Part shown: positions 1 to 13,927 of the stretch, piece after piece
Numbering within the stretch: position 1 is the stretch's first letter
Layout of the letters: each line of letters opens with the position of its first letter
NCBI RefSeq assembly: GCF_001194135.2
Contig: NC_069004.1
Coordinates: 3,393,779-3,447,229, forward strand
Length of the DNA: 53,451 bases
Direction: 5' to 3'
DNA from: Octopus bimaculoides
Lineage: Eukaryota
Notes under the pieces: model-generated
Told to the model about the DNA's origin: nothing
Databases searched by the model: none
The model's input: only the letters and a program-made list of their open reading frames with translations
Translations under genes and position numbers: made by a program

Positions 1-280
1 GTGAGTGGATTTGGTAGACGGAAACTGAAAGAAGCCGGTCGTATATATGTATATATGTGTATATGTTTGCGTGTCTGTGTTTGTCCCCCCAACATCGCTT
101 GACAACCGATGCTGGTGTGTTTACGTCCCCGTAACTTAGCGGTTTGGCAAAAAGAGACCGATAAAATAAGCATTAGGCTTACAAAGAATAAGTCCTGGGG
201 TCGATTTGCTTGACTAAAGGTGGTGCTCCAGCATGGCCACAGTCAAATGACTGAAACAAGTAAAAGAGTAAAAGAGTAAG
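1..280 (+). mobile_element. SINE family A, 3' part (cut by window edge)
   Basis: gtgagtggatttggtagacggaaactgaaagaagcc...ggtgctccagcatggccacagtcaaatgactgaaacaagtaaaaga, recurring more than 20 times in the window. Confidence 0.9.
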
Positions 281-564
281 TGTTTGAATATCCCTTTTCT
301 GAGCCGCATAAGAAATTCTTGGGGCTGTTTATCCTCAGGATTAGTTGTAATGGAGCAGACCATACAAGCATATAGACATATACATATTTTTATAAGCTGC
401 AAATATCTAAACACATTTATAAATCGTATTGTCTCCACTCAAATTATAAATTGAAACTCAGCTCAATTTGAGCACTTCGATTCTAGCCTGTCTACGAATA
501 TTGTTAATTAATAACAATAGCTATAAAATAGTATAATTTATATATACATACATACATAAAGATC

Positions 565-920
565 CAAGGATCTTTCCCAACCACATGGTTCTGGGTTCAG
601 TCCCACTGCATAGCACCTTGGATCAATGTCTTGTAATATAGCCTAAGGCCAACCAAAGATCTGTGAGTGAATTTGGTAGACAGAAACTGAAAGAAGCTCA
701 TTATATGCGTGTGTGTGTGTCTTTGTGTTTGTCCCCCACCTCCGCTTGACAACTGGTATTGGTTTGTTTATGTCTCTGTATTTTGTGGTTTGGCAAAAAG
801 AGGCTGATAGAATAAGTACCAGGCTTTTCAAAAAAGTACTGGGGTCAAATTATTTCACAAAACCCTTCAAGGTGGGGCCCCAGCATGGCCACAGTCCAAT
901 GACTGGAACAAGTAAAAGAT
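565..920 (+). mobile_element. SINE family A
   Basis: B-box-like ggttcagtccc, cttgg..caa.tgtc core and the same 3' part. Confidence 0.85.
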
Positions 921-2414
921 AAGATATATATATATATGGCAGTGCTTCAGCATGGCCACGTACTTAGGGCTGAAACATAACAAAACAAACAAATAAATAA
1001 ATACATAAAAATAATCAGGTTGGACAATGTAATTAGTCCTTGGCATACAAAAACGAGAAGTCACAGCTGAAGGGCCTTTGGCCATGGGCCCACTTAACCC
1101 GGGTTGATGAAGGGCTCAACAACAAACTACTCCCCCACCTCCGGACATCCTTGATCTCGAGGGCCAACATTAAACTAATTAGCTTTATACGGTGGAGACA
1201 GAGAGGAATAAATTGTGCAATCGGATAGCTTAACTTTAGTAAATAGCATTTAGTAAAAAATGATAATTGCAAAATAACCACAGCTAAAACTACTGAACTA
1301 ACTAGTTCAGTCCTTGCTGGTGGAATTTATAACAGAAGCAGATTAAATGATGGCATGGCCTATGTGAGAGCTGACAGCCGAAGATAGAGCATAGAACACT
1401 TGACTAATAGTAGTAGTAACTATACAGAAGAATGCCGAGTGAAGAACGTTGAACTTTCCTGGCGAAATAACAGAGGAACATTGTACTGCAGATATGCATA
1501 AGCCTACTAGCATCAATACAAGCTTATTAAATGAGCAAACGAGGAAGCAATCATCATCATCGTTTAATGTCTGCTTTCCATGCTAGCATGGGTTGGACGA
1601 TTTACTGAGGACTGGTGAACCAGATGGCTACACCAGGCTCCAAGATAACTGAAAGTTCAAGTGTCAGAGAAGAACCAAGAAAGCATGTTATCTCTCAGAA
1701 TTACAGAGTATGAGACGGGATGAAGGTTATACACAACAACAACAACAACAATTGGAAAGAAGCAATAATGTAAACCTATCCAACCCAGGAGAGAATTGGA
1801 AAAAAAAAAAAAATCCGCCCATGTTAATTATTTTTCAAAATCCAACCGCACACAAACACACCTGAGCTTCGTTAGCACAAACATTTAGCAGAAAAATCAA
1901 GGAAGATGGAGATGATTGCAAAGTGACTGTAAATGAGTGAATAATAATACCAAACAATACTATACAAAAAAAAAAAGGTAAATTAGTAGAATCAATAGAG
2001 CAGGGCATTGAGTAGAATGCTTTGTTGGTATTTGTTTTAGTTCACAGAAATTTCAAGTTCATTGTTGAAATCAAGAGAATCCATAGAAAATGGAAACAAA
2101 AAGACACATATTACATAGTTTGGTTTCTAAAGTATGTAATATATATAACTAGAAGATGCCAGAGCAGGTAGAGTGGACGATATAATACAAAGAGCTGTAA
2201 TGTTGACAAACACCAGAGTCTATAATCAATGGTGGTGTAGACGTTAGACAACGGTGTAATGATTTATATACTAAGTAGAAACCAGTTTTATGAGTCTTTT
2301 GATACCAACTTGCTAGAGAGCAGAAACTACCTCTGGTTCTCTGGTCCAAAGCCGATTGTTTTAAAATATCTCAAACTGAATTTCATGTAAGATGTTTTTT
2401 AAAATATGTTATAG

Positions 2415-2558
2415 GTGCAGCCGTGGTTGTATGGTTGAGAAGTCTGTTTCCTGACCATGTGGTTTCAGGTTCAGTAGCACTGCATAGCACCTTGAGCAAG
2501 AGTTGACCAAAGCCTCACTGGGAGAGGATTTGGTAGACAGAAATTGAAAGACGCTTGT

Positions 2559-2603
<45 letters not shown>

Positions 2604-2830
2604 AAGTGTGTGTGTGTGTGTGCATATCTGTGCAGCTTTGTCTGATGTTAGGGGCGTTTGTAAATGAGCATTACCATTATACAAGCAATGTTCTTTGTTT
2701 CCAGTCTTTCAGGTCTACCTTGCTTGGAAACAGGTGGGGATTGGCAACAGGAAGGACATCCAGTCATAGAAAATCTGTTTCAACCTGCTCTGTCTGACCC
2801 ATGCAATCATGGAAAAGTGGACATTATGAT
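2415..2830 (+). mobile_element. SINE family A head plus RTE-type tail
   Basis: A/B-box-like head, then caggaagg.catccag...catgc..catggaaaa tail. Confidence 0.75.
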
Positions 2831-2971
2831 GATGGTGGTGGTGGTGGTGATTCCCAACCAATTTGAATACTGGAGAAATGAGTTCTAAATTCCTCCACTG
2901 TTTGTTTCAAAAATTATTTAAAACACATGGCTTCTATAGTTTCATGAGAAATATGCTTTGCAGAAGTTCAA

Positions 2972-3182
2972 CGCTTTCGATACCAACCCAGCTGAAACCA
3001 CCTCTGGTTCTGTAGTACAAATGTCTTGTTTCCATAAGTTCTGAATTAAAATTTTCCACCAAACCTTAATCACAATTTATGTTCCTAACAGCAGCTAAGT
3101 TATTTTACTAAATTCTTTGTTATACCTAAATTTAATTGAAAGAAACACAGAGCATCTCAACAGAAATATGGTAACAAAAGGG
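2972..3182 (+). mobile_element. piggyBac-like MITE, family 1 copy
   Basis: Colinear with 10867-11089. Right end GGG|TTAA intact, left TSD mutated. Confidence 0.8.
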
Positions 3183-3625
3183 TTAATTAATAAAGCTCTC
3201 AAAGTTAGGTTTCCTGTCTTCCCAAACACTTCAAATTTTTCTCTTTATCTGAAACAGAAGAACTTATATATATCTGATGTCAAACAAAGCCCACCCAAAT
3301 CTGCAAACTATATTAAATATGTAGTGCTATTATATATACTGGAGCTACTGTAATCTCTTCTTAAAGTTGTATAGTCTAATATAGGTCAATGCATAATGTC
3401 ACGCTACGTGCAGTGCCTACTCACAAGTCTTGCCTAGCAGCAGATCAGCTCTGATTGAGCTATGAACAAACAGTTATTCCAGCAGCAACCATCTTAAAAA
3501 AGACTTATTGAAGAATAATCATCAAAAGTGCTTTCTTTTCTCAAGGCAGTGAGACAATTTTGAGGGAGGTTTCACTGCTGTTATTTCAGATGAGAATTAT
3601 AATGTTGCAGTAATTTAGTCCTCTA

Positions 3626-3818
3626 CAGTAATCCTACGCCATATCACAGTTCACCCATCGTGGTTTATTATTTAAGCTCACGTCGATTCCTCCTTGGTGT
3701 TGTTTCGCATTTATAATAAAAGAAATTATACAGTACAGTAGTGTTTCTACTTCACCAATTTTTACCTATTGCGTGGGGTCTTGGAATGTACCACCCACAA
3801 TAGTCAAGAGAAGGACAG
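3626..3818 (+). mobile_element. pogo/Tigger-like MITE, CpG-decayed copy
   Basis: Colinear with 34482-34787 with many CpG-to-TpG/CpA changes. Confidence 0.65.
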
Positions 3819-4210
3819 TTATATCAAAAGTATTAATAAACTTACATGTTCAATGTTTTATTTGAATACATGAACATTTAAAAAAGTAAAACTTTTTTCT
3901 TCAACCCCTCACTACCAAATGTCAATCCTGATAGTAATTAGCTACCATAGATCAAACATCAGTGTTACTATAGATAGGAAAACACAATTAATATTTATTG
4001 ACATGCAATTATGGTGTATGTATAAATTACACACACACACACACACACACAATCTATTGGTTACGTGTACTTAAATTAATTCAATGAAACTTCTTTTTAT
4101 AAGAAAACATTTGTTTTTTGTGTATTTTTCTAAATGGAATCTTTGTTTATATGCAAACTGTATGATAATTTTTCAGTAAAATTTAGTCTTTCCCTTTGTG
4201 TAAAACTCAC

Positions 4211-4290
4211 CTTGTGAAAATACTTCTTTTCTTTTTACAGTAAAACATGATTTTGAATCTTTATTTTCACATATATAGAAATATTTACAC
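4211..4290 (-). CDS. Candidate exon of the second gene (CKYFYICENKDSKSCFTVKRKEVFSQ), phase 2-1
   Basis: Acceptor attttactttttaacatag|, donor CAAG|gtgagt, 80 nt, only one frame open. Confidence 0.45.
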
Positions 4291-4317
4291 CTATGTTAAA
4301 AAGTAAAATTCGTTTTA

Positions 4318-4472
4318 TGTGTAGTAAGAAGCTTGCTTCCCAACCACATGGTTCCTGGTTCAGTCCCACTGTGTGGCACCTTAGGCAAGTGTCTCCTACT
4401 ATAGTCTTGGGCCAACCAAAGCCTTGTGAGTGGATTTGGTAAAGGGAAACTGAAAGAAGCCTGTTGTGTGTG

Positions 4473-4553
<81 letters not shown>

Positions 4554-4865
4554 CTGTGTGTATATGTTGGTGTGTCTGTGTTTGTCCCCCCAACATCACT
4601 TGACAACCGATGCTGGTGTGTTTACGTCCCTGTAAGTTAATGGTTTGGCAAAAGAGACCAATAAAGTACTAGGCTTACAAAGAGTAAGTCATGAGGTCGA
4701 TATGCTTGACTAAAGGTGGTGCTTCAGCATGGCCACAGGCAAATGTTACCTTGCTTGGAAACAGGTGAAGTTTGACAACAGGAAAAGTATCCAGCCGTAG
4801 AAAATCCATCTCAACAAGTTCCATCTGACTCATGTGAGCATGGAAAAGAAGGCATTAAAACAATA
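4318..4865 (+). mobile_element. SINE family A, near full length, plus RTE-type tail
   Basis: Colinear with the other copies, internal (TA)n, CpG-decayed. Confidence 0.85.
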
Positions 4866-5096
4866 ACGTGGACGATTATGTATACACACACATATACATA
4901 CATACATGTATATATATGGATAAGAGTGTATGTGTGTCTGTGAGCGACTGTTGTCATTTTGTACCATCACTTCTCACAGTCTGAGCAAAAAAAAAAAATG
5001 TATGGGGATTGTCATGTTTACATTCCCAGCAGATGATACATCCTGTTACTCTGCCCTTTCCGAGGCCAAAAGGACAAAGAAAAAAAAAAAACTTAC

Positions 5097-5146
5097 TTGG
5101 AAAAACAAGCATGGTTGGCACAGGTATGACATTCAGTTGCAAAATT
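5097..5146 (-). CDS. Candidate exon of the second gene (NFATECHTCANHACFS if phase 0-2)
   Basis: Strong donor |gtaagt, weak acceptor (gaggtag|). Phase-2 end fits the 4290 exon. Confidence 0.3.
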
Positions 5147-5253
5147 CTACCTCAAATAAATCTTCATGTAAGCTAACATTTTCCCAGCAAGGGAAAATGT
5201 TAAAAGAACACACACACACACATATGTATATATAATCTCTCTATCTATATCCA

Positions 5254-5289
<36 letters not shown>

Positions 5290-7041
5290 GTTTACTTTTA
5301 GGTCAACATAGGATTTCAGATGATTATAAATGCAGAATCTAAGTCCAGACCCAGTTGTAAAATAAATGCCAGTTAAGTTCTGAATCAATAATGCACACCA
5401 GCCATTTATCTCAGCCAGACTCTCCAATTACAAAAAGCTTGATTGTTCAGATGTCACAAGAAAGACGAGAAAGGGCACGGTGACTGATATTCTAACCGAC
5501 TGGCATAAGTACTACTAACATGAAGAATATGGCTGGGGCTGAGGCGGCTGAGGTGAAAGATGCGTTTATTGTGCAGAGTCCTTGAAGGCAGGTTCTCAAG
5601 TAAAATGATACACTTCAAATATGCATATATACACATCAAATACATGTATGTTCTATAAATATACAAACAGTGAAATTGTATATGTACAAAGTAATTTACA
5701 CATACACACATACCTTACACTCACACTATATCATCATTTTAGTGTCCGCTTTTCCATGTTTGTATAGGTCATACGGAATTTGTTGAGGCAGATTTTCTAA
5801 GGCTGGATGCCTTTCCTGTCAGCAACCCTCACCTGTTTCCAAATAAAGTAATATTTCCCCATGTTCTCATAGAAGATTGGAAACAAAATGAAGGGCACCG
5901 CTCGTATGACGGTGACACTAATTGATAATTATTACACCAAGTCAAGACAAAGAAACTGTAACACACACAGCAGGCTTCTTTCAGTTTCCATCCACCAAAT
6001 CCACTGGCAAGGCTTTGGTCAGCCCAGAAGAGGCACTTGTTCAACGTGCCACACAGTGGAACTGAACATAAAGTCAGGTGGTTGGGAAGCAAACTTCTAT
6101 CGATACAGCCTGCAATGGTAGTCTGCTATCAAAATGAGGATCTAGTTGTTGGATCAGTTGCATTGCCTGCCCCTGCGTAACTGTCTGAGTATTCCGCATA
6201 CACAAGCACCCATAACATAATTCTCAGACAGAATCGACATGACACGGTGCATGACAAGTACAATCCATTCAATAGGCTTCTCTACAGTTTCGCAATCTCA
6301 CACCAACGTTAACCCCTTTCGTTACCATATTTCTCTTGAAATTAAGGCAGCAAGCTGACAGAAATGTTAGCACGCTGGGCGAAATGCTACCAAATTCACT
6401 CACACGGCATTGGTTAACCTGAGGCCCAAGGTGTCAGATGGTGGAATTGAACCTGAAACTACATGGTCACAAAGCAAGATCTTGAACCACGTATCCACAT
6501 AAAATATTACTATACAAACACACACGTGCACACATATTATATATCATAGCAAAATTGATTATCTCTAGATATATATACATACATACATATATATATATAT
6601 ATACATACATACATATATATATATATACATATACACATATATATATGTAAAAAAAAACAAGAAAAATGCAGATAAACAAAAATGCCACCCATTCTGTGAT
6701 ATAATGTAATCTAAGCCGAAAATGTAATATTTTCAGAACAGTCGCATAAAAGCAGAAAATGGAATATCAAGTTAATTGCAGAGACATGTTAAGTTTGCGT
6801 GAGGACAGACAGATACACACACACGGACGCACGCACATACATTTTGCGTTCATTGTGCAGGAGCAACTGTTTATCTTAACTATAAATAAGCCTTAACACG
6901 AAGCAGCTGTACATTCTTTGAAAATGGCAAATCATGTGTATGTGGGAATGTCAGTTTGCGAAGCATAGGAATCAAAAGTCAGACACAAATGCAACCCCAC
7001 ACAGACAGACACACACACACACACACGTATATATATATATA

Positions 7042-7150
7042 TTTATTGAACTTTTACAAGGCAGTGACTTTGGAGTTTCATCTGACAAAGGCCAGCGGGC
7101 TAAAAACTTTGAAGTCACTGTCAACCACCTTCTTGTAAAAGTTTAATAAA
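7042..7150 (+). other. 37-bp hairpin with five G-U pairs, a 10-nt bulge and a 25-nt loop
   Basis: 7042-7060 pairs with 7150-7132 and 7061-7078 pairs with 7121-7104, checked base by base. Confidence 0.85.
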
Positions 7151-7385
7151 CAGGTACTCCACAAAAAAAAAAAAAAAGTATTGAGTACTTCAGCCAAATG
7201 CCAAACTGTTTTTATTATAACTAGACAGAAAAACAGTGTGTATGTGTGTCTATATACATATTTGTAAATACATACATACATATATATATATANNNNNNNN
7301 NNNNNNNNNNNNNNNNNNNNNNNNNNNNNNNNNNNNNNNNNNNNNNNNNNNNNNNNNNNNNNNNNNNNNNNNNNNNNNNNNNNNN

Positions 7386-7925
7386 TGAAAATGTTTTTTA
7401 CAAAGAAGTACAAAAGGAAGAAAATAATATATAAAAAAATAAACATACCAATACATTATATTGTCTTTGAGCTTTTGAAGTTCAATGGTAATCTATGTAG
7501 ATAATAGTTGGAAAAATAAGGATGCATGAGAATTGATAGTTGTGTTAGGTTTAAAGAAAGGGCTAAAAGTTTGTGTTAAGCAGGAAGTGTGGTGTCAAAA
7601 CAGGAAGTGTGTGTAAGGGGAGACAAATCTTTTTAGTTGGAGCTATGAACTCTTTTTTCAACAGGAAGAGTTCATAACTCCAACTAAAAAGATTTGTCTC
7701 CCCTTACACACACTTCCTGTTTTGACACCACACTTCCTGCTTAACACAAACTTTTAGCCCTTTCTTTAAACCTAACACAACTCTCATGCATCCTTATTTT
7801 TTCAACCATTATACATGAATTACCATTGAACTTCAAAATCTCAAAGACAATATAATGTATTGGTATATTTATTTTTTTATATATTATTTTCTTCATTTTG
7901 TACTTCTTTGTAAAAAACATTTTCA
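7386..7925. repeat. Long palindrome / fold-back element: arms 7386-7654 and 7666-7925, 11-nt loop
   Basis: Arms are reverse complements read directly, with one mismatch in the inner ~100 bp and a 7-nt indel plus a few substitutions further out. The left arm runs into the N-gap. Confidence 0.95.
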
Positions 7926-8510
7926 TTCTGCCTCTTCTTGAAAATTTGCTTCGCAATGAAAGCCTGTTAGAGAAATCTTTATTAAAATATGCTTTCAGTT
8001 TAGCATTCTGCCTTATTATTTTTCATTTTCCTATTATTTCTCCACGTGCGGTTAACACAACCCCACTATTTACTGACTTATATATATATATATATATATA
8101 TACAGATACACACAGACGTATACATACATTTATATATATACTCACACACACATATATATATATATACATACACACATGTTGTTTTGCTACTAGACAAGAT
8201 TTCATAACAAACAAAATGCGTTTAGTTTATCAACAACTCAATTCACACAAAAGCACAATTTAGTGGATCCTCGCGGGCACAATTATTAGCTGCAAGTGAA
8301 TAACAGTATGGCTGATTAGAAGTCTGCAATGAGTCGTTAATAAGATTATAATTTTTAACCTCATCTACACCAAGTTTTAATTAGAGATTAAACCAATCAA
8401 ATTACAGTATTATCTCTTATAATACTACAGCAGCCATCGGAAGACATAAACATGGATGTGTGGTTAAACCATGAAATAGGAAACATTCGCCCAAACACCA
8501 CCCTTTAAAT

Positions 8511-8788
8511 AAGTGGTTTTTCAACTGGGGTCCATATGGCCCCTGGGGCCTTGTATAAGATTTTGTTAAAAATTCATGTGCGATAAACTGCGTGTACTGC
8601 TACTATTACTACTTCTACTACTAGTACTACTACTACTACTACTACTACTACAATGCACAAAATATTTTAATCTTCTAATACAACTCCTAATAATATTTAG
8701 TTATAAAAATACTGTAGGATTTTTTTAAATATATTCATTGAATGGTTATGGAGGTCCTGTAGAGTAAAATAGCAGTGAAAGGCCATAG
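8511..8788 (+). mobile_element. hAT-like MITE remnant (related fragment at 26369-26450)
   Basis: agtggttttcaactggggtccat end motif, sharing blocks with cagtggtttctcaacc...gggggtccat at 26369. Confidence 0.45.
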
Positions 8789-8790
8789 CA

Positions 8791-9060
8791 CCAGATCCCC
8801 ACCCCTCAGGTCGGTGCAAGCGGAGATGTGGTCAGCTGAAGACGTGGTTCATGACAGTCAAAGCAGAAATGGAACCCGTCACTGACCCTCAAACTTTTGG
8901 TGTTTGTTGCTGGAACCGGGAATGGCTTCAACATGCTGCAGAATTAACCTGCAGACAGACGTGCAGGGACCACTTTGAACCGTAATACAGTGAACTCAAT
9001 AGGAGCCGGCTTAACCCTTCCTGGGTGAATGTCATTACAAGACAAGAGAGAAGAAAGGGG
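8791..9060 (+). mobile_element. RTE-like LINE 3' end, second family
   Basis: PHPSGRCKRRCGQLKTWFMTVKAEMEP...WNREWLQHAAEL, then a frameshift to DRRA. RTE-type C-terminus. Confidence 0.65.
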
Positions 9061-9370
9061 TCCACAGGTAGAAAATGGTTGAGAACCACAACTTTAGATG
9101 ATACCTTGGGCAATTGTCTCCTACCCATAGGCAGTGGGTTGACCTAATCTTTGTGAGTGAGGCTGGGTAGGCAGAAATTAAATAGAAGCTTATCAGATAG
9201 CTATGTATGTGTTGTATTTTAAATCTCCGTAAATTAGTGGCTCAGCAAAAGGGACCAATAGAATAAGTACTAGGCTTACAAAGAGTAAGTCCTGGGGTCG
9301 ATTTGCTCAACTAAAGGCGGTGCTCCAGCTTGGCCGCAGTCAAATGACTGAAATGAATAAATGAATAAAA

Positions 9371-9432
<62 letters not shown>

Positions 9433-10866
9433 CTATTTAGAAAGCCAATATTTAACATCAGTGAGAGTGATAGAAAGGTAAAAGAGAGATTTAATATTAG
9501 AAGTACCAGAACCATATAAACCTCCCGTTTTCATTTGCTCTCACCTCTTTTGTATTACTTGTATAATTCAAGAAACAGTTGGTAAACTGCAAGCGTAGGT
9601 TCAGTCCCACTATATGAAGGTATTTTGGGCAAGCGTCTTCTACCACAGCCTCAGGCTGACCAATGTCTTTCGAGAGAGGTTTTTGTGGATAGAAACTCAA
9701 CAGAAACCCATTATGTCATCGTGTCTGTTTAAGGTGCGCTCCATGCTAGCATGCACTGAACAGTCCAACAAAGACTGACCAGCATAAGGGCTCTGTGTTG
9801 ACTTCCAGTGTCCACTTTGACGAGATTTTGACACCTGGATGTTCTTAACGCCAACCAGTTTAGAAAATAGTGGGTGCTTTTACGCATGGCATCTGTAATA
9901 GTGAGGTTGTCAAGGAACTCATAAAACAAGACCCTTTCGACAGAGAAGTGACACAGCATTGAAAGGGGTAGCTTTGAGCCAGGTGTGTGTGTATGTGTGT
10001 TTTAATAATATGCAGAGGCGAAAGATGTAAACATAAGCAAGAAACTGGGAAACCAGTGCTTTCAAAGTAAAACTGCTTGTAGTGTTTGTTCTGCCCAAGT
10101 TACACAAATGCTCCCTTGTTAATTAAACTGTGAACCAGTGACTGGCTCGTTAGAAACCCACAACCAAAGATGTTACTGTTCACCAGAGGATATAAAATAA
10201 AACAAACTAAAATAAAATAGAGAGAGAGAGAGAGAGGTAGCGAGAGGGAGATAGCTTTAGGACACACAAATGAGCATCAGAAGTAAAGTGCCGAAGGAGT
10301 AGAGAGACTGTCTCTAGGAGTATCAATAACACAACACACTTAAAACATGCTGGATACAACCATGAAACACGGCAAACGGAAATACATATACCATATTGAC
10401 AGGAAATGACTGAGTTGAGCTTTGATCGCCAGGAGTAATGATATTGAAGCAGGAAACTGAAAAAAACGGCAGTATGTTAATTAGAACCATTGTTTTCTAA
10501 ATTTGAAAGACAACTACGATGGCTTGGACATGCAATGGGAGTAAAAACAATACCAACTTTGTTAAAACTGTCGAGAATGGGTGGGTTATGTGAGATGGGA
10601 GATTATCTAGACCCCTACCCCAAAAAAAGGGCATGGAATATGGATTGCCTGTGTTCATACCAGCAATCTGAAAAATCTCTCCTGGTTCCACATTACAAAA
10701 TGTAACGGGAGAACTTTTTGGTTAAATTATATTCTAAACACCAACGTCATTAAGGAAAAAGTTAATTAAAGCAAACTTTTTCAAAATCCTGATTATTTTC
10801 AAAAATCAATTTAAAAACACCGACAAAGAAAGGATTTCATTAGAAATCTGATCAAGAAAGGTTTAA

Positions 10867-11089
10867 CCCTTTCGATACCAACCCGGCTGAAACCGGTTCT
10901 GGCTCTGTAGTACAAATGTCTTGTTTTCATTAAGTTTTGAATTAAAATCTTCCACCAAACCTTAGTCACAATTTATGTTCCTAACACCAGCTAAATGATA
11001 ACTAAGTTATTTTACTAAATTCTTTATTATATTTAAAATTAATTGAAAGAAACACAGAACATCTCAAAATAAACGTGGTAACAAAAGGG
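10867..11089 (+). mobile_element. piggyBac-like MITE, family 1
   Basis: TTAA on both sides, 13-bp TIR CCCTTTCGATACC / GGTAACAAAAGGG (11/13). Further copies at 2972-3182, a decayed copy at ~11125-11330 and an end fragment at 6309. Confidence 0.85.
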
Positions 11090-11984
11090 TTAAGTAAATG
11101 ACATCATATTGAAATGTTAAGTACTTTAGCCCTTTTTCGCACCAATCTGCCTAAGTTCACCTCTAGTTTCACAATACAAAACTGTTTCTGTTTAAAGCTT
11201 TCATACTGAAAACAAAACTTTCCATCATAATTCATATTATCTGGCAAACAGAAGTTTAATCATGACAAAATTAGTTATTTTTTGACTAAATCCTTCCAAA
11301 TCTTTGATTATATTCAGAAATATAACAGAAAACACACTTTGTTTCACTGGAAAAAACACTCATGAAATAATTAAATGTGCCAACTAGGGGGGAATTGTTT
11401 GGGTAGTAAGCAGTATGAGCATAAAAAAGATGTAGTTATGTTTAAACTTAGCAAAATGTCTGCTGCTCTAAAATAGAGACTGATGGAATAATGACATGTC
11501 TAATCAACCTTTAATTATGGGAGGGGGGGGGCACAGCACATTTATGATAATTGAAGTAATTTGTGGAGAACTTTCCTGGCAACTCAGACCTATCAACAGG
11601 TGATAAGCCAAGATAATCTGTAGATGCCAAACCAACACCCGGCCAGACTATATATACACATACACATGCATGAGCCCAGCTAGGCTGCTTCTACGTGGTT
11701 GTGTGATATGCTAGAAACAGCAACCAAATACCCTCATACTCTACCACCTTACGAAAGGACATGAGATAATGTGGCACTGGGTTGCCTACACATGTGAAAC
11801 GAGGTGGGATGGCCATGTCTGGAATGGCTTTGAGAAGTCTACTTCATCAGAATTGATGTGGGGGCTTAACAACACCACCAATGATCCGCACATGTACTCA
11901 TGATAGAAAAATTACTGAAGGATACATAGGAAGAGGTGGTAATATGGGGCCCAGAAACATTGAGATCGTGCAGGTAGTTCTTGC

Positions 11985-12170
11985 TTAGACCCAGCTTTTT
12001 AAGATGGCAGAGTGTGATAAGGGAAAGGCATTTGTGCCTTTGCAGGACATTGTTGGCAAGAACTGACATGTGATCCACTGCTATGGATGTCAAAGAAAGG
12101 CCTTATTTGAGCTGATCATTCTAAACACAATGTAGATCGACTCAGCAGGGATACTGGATGCTTCCCCAAA
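11985..12170 (+). mobile_element. Old LINE RT C-terminal remnant
   Basis: Decayed ...FAGHCWQELTCDPLLW...VDRLSRDTGC motif, like the RRLRFAGHCW...DQLxxDTG tails of non-LTR elements. Confidence 0.5.
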
Positions 12171-13460
12171 GGATGGCATATATGGGTTTAGAATGCTCAA
12201 GCAAGCTCAATCAGATGATAACGTGTGATTTATTTATTGTTTTTTTTAAAGATCGTTTTGGTACCAAATCTACCTACAAGCATCCTGGTATTACAAAACC
12301 ACTCATTTTAAGGAATTCATAATTTAATTAAAACCTTATTTTGAAAGTCTTTTAAGTTAAGTTCTAAACACCAGCTTCATATCATTAAGCAATTTTGAGG
12401 GGGTGGATTTAAGTCAATACCACAAACCCTGTAATTTGATTAATTCTTTATTCTATCAGTCCCAGGGAGATGAAAGGCAAAGTTAACCTAGGGAGAATGT
12501 AAACTCAGCACACAAACAGCGGGAAGAAACACCACAAGGCATTTTTGCTGAACACTTCATGACTGCCATTCCACCACCTACTTAATTCTAATTTAGACAT
12601 ATAACAATTTTGAGGGGGAGGGTAGTTGATAACATTGACCCCCAGTACTTGACTGGTACTTATCACTTATCAACCCTAAAATGATAGAAACAAAAACTGG
12701 CCCAACCAAGATTTGAACTCAACGTAAGAAGCAGCAAAAATACCACATAACATTCATCAGATCGAATGCGCTTACAATACTGATTAATCAACAGCCCCCT
12801 CTTAATAATTAGGGTTTCAAATTTTGTTGCTTTATTTTATTTACCCCAGAAGAATGAAAGGTAAAGTTAATCAGGGTGGGATTTGAGCTCAGAATGTAAC
12901 GCGTCAGAGAAAATACCGCTAAGCATTTTGTCAGACATGCTAACCATTCTGCCAGCTCACCCCTTTTAATAATAATAATAATAATAAAAACGTCAATTAT
13001 TTTCGAAGGATAACGAATTTCATTGGAAATAGGGTCTCAAAAGGGTTAAAGAAGACTAGTATTGTTATTTCTAGCAGGTTAAGTGGCCACATAGGGAATC
13101 ATCAGCTCAGACATTAAAATTTCTATGAATGGGTATTCCTTAACAACATACATTTACCATGAAATCAACAACAGGAAAATAAAACATGAAATGAAAAACA
13201 TTTGAGATATAATTTCAAGACTTCATTAACAAAAAATCAATATTTGTGACATAATTTTCTTATATCCAAGCATACAGTTCAGGTGTTAACATGCTAACAT
13301 TTTCTCAGTTGATATTAGAAATTAGATTTTTCCCCCACTTTTTTTACAGACTTGTGTATTAAGTTTAAGAATCTTTCAAGATATTACAAAACAGATTTTA
13401 AGCAACAAAAATTAACACAAATTTTGAATTCTATTTACATCTCTCTGTGTCACTCTTCAT

Positions 13461-13570
<110 letters not shown>

Positions 13571-13729
13571 TACTGGCATGGCTGTGTGGTTGAGAAGCTC
13601 GCGGCAGTGTGGTCTTGGGTTCAGTTCCACTGTGCAGCACCATGGACAAGTGTCTTCTATAGTTTTTTGAGTTAAACAAAGTCTTGTGTGTAGATTTGGT
13701 AGACTGAAACTAGAAGAAGCCTATTATAT

Positions 13730-13918
13730 AGGGAAAGGCAAAGGGGCCGATACAGCTTTGCACCAGTGACATCGCAATTCATTTCTACAGCTGAGCGAAC
13801 TGGAGCAACGTGAAATAAAGTGTCTTGCTCAAGAACACAACACACAGCCCAGCCTGGGAATCAAACTCACTACCTCATGATTGTGAACCCAATGCTCTAA
13901 CCACTGAGCCATGCACCT
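13730..13918 (-). mobile_element. SINE family C (tRNA-like head with cttgagcaagacact core)
   Basis: Minus strand: catggctcagtggttagagc (A-box), gagtttgattccc (B-box), ttgagcaagacactttatttcac. Related copies at about 25545-25650 and 46960-47165. Confidence 0.7.
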
Positions 13919-13927
13919 TTACTTTAC

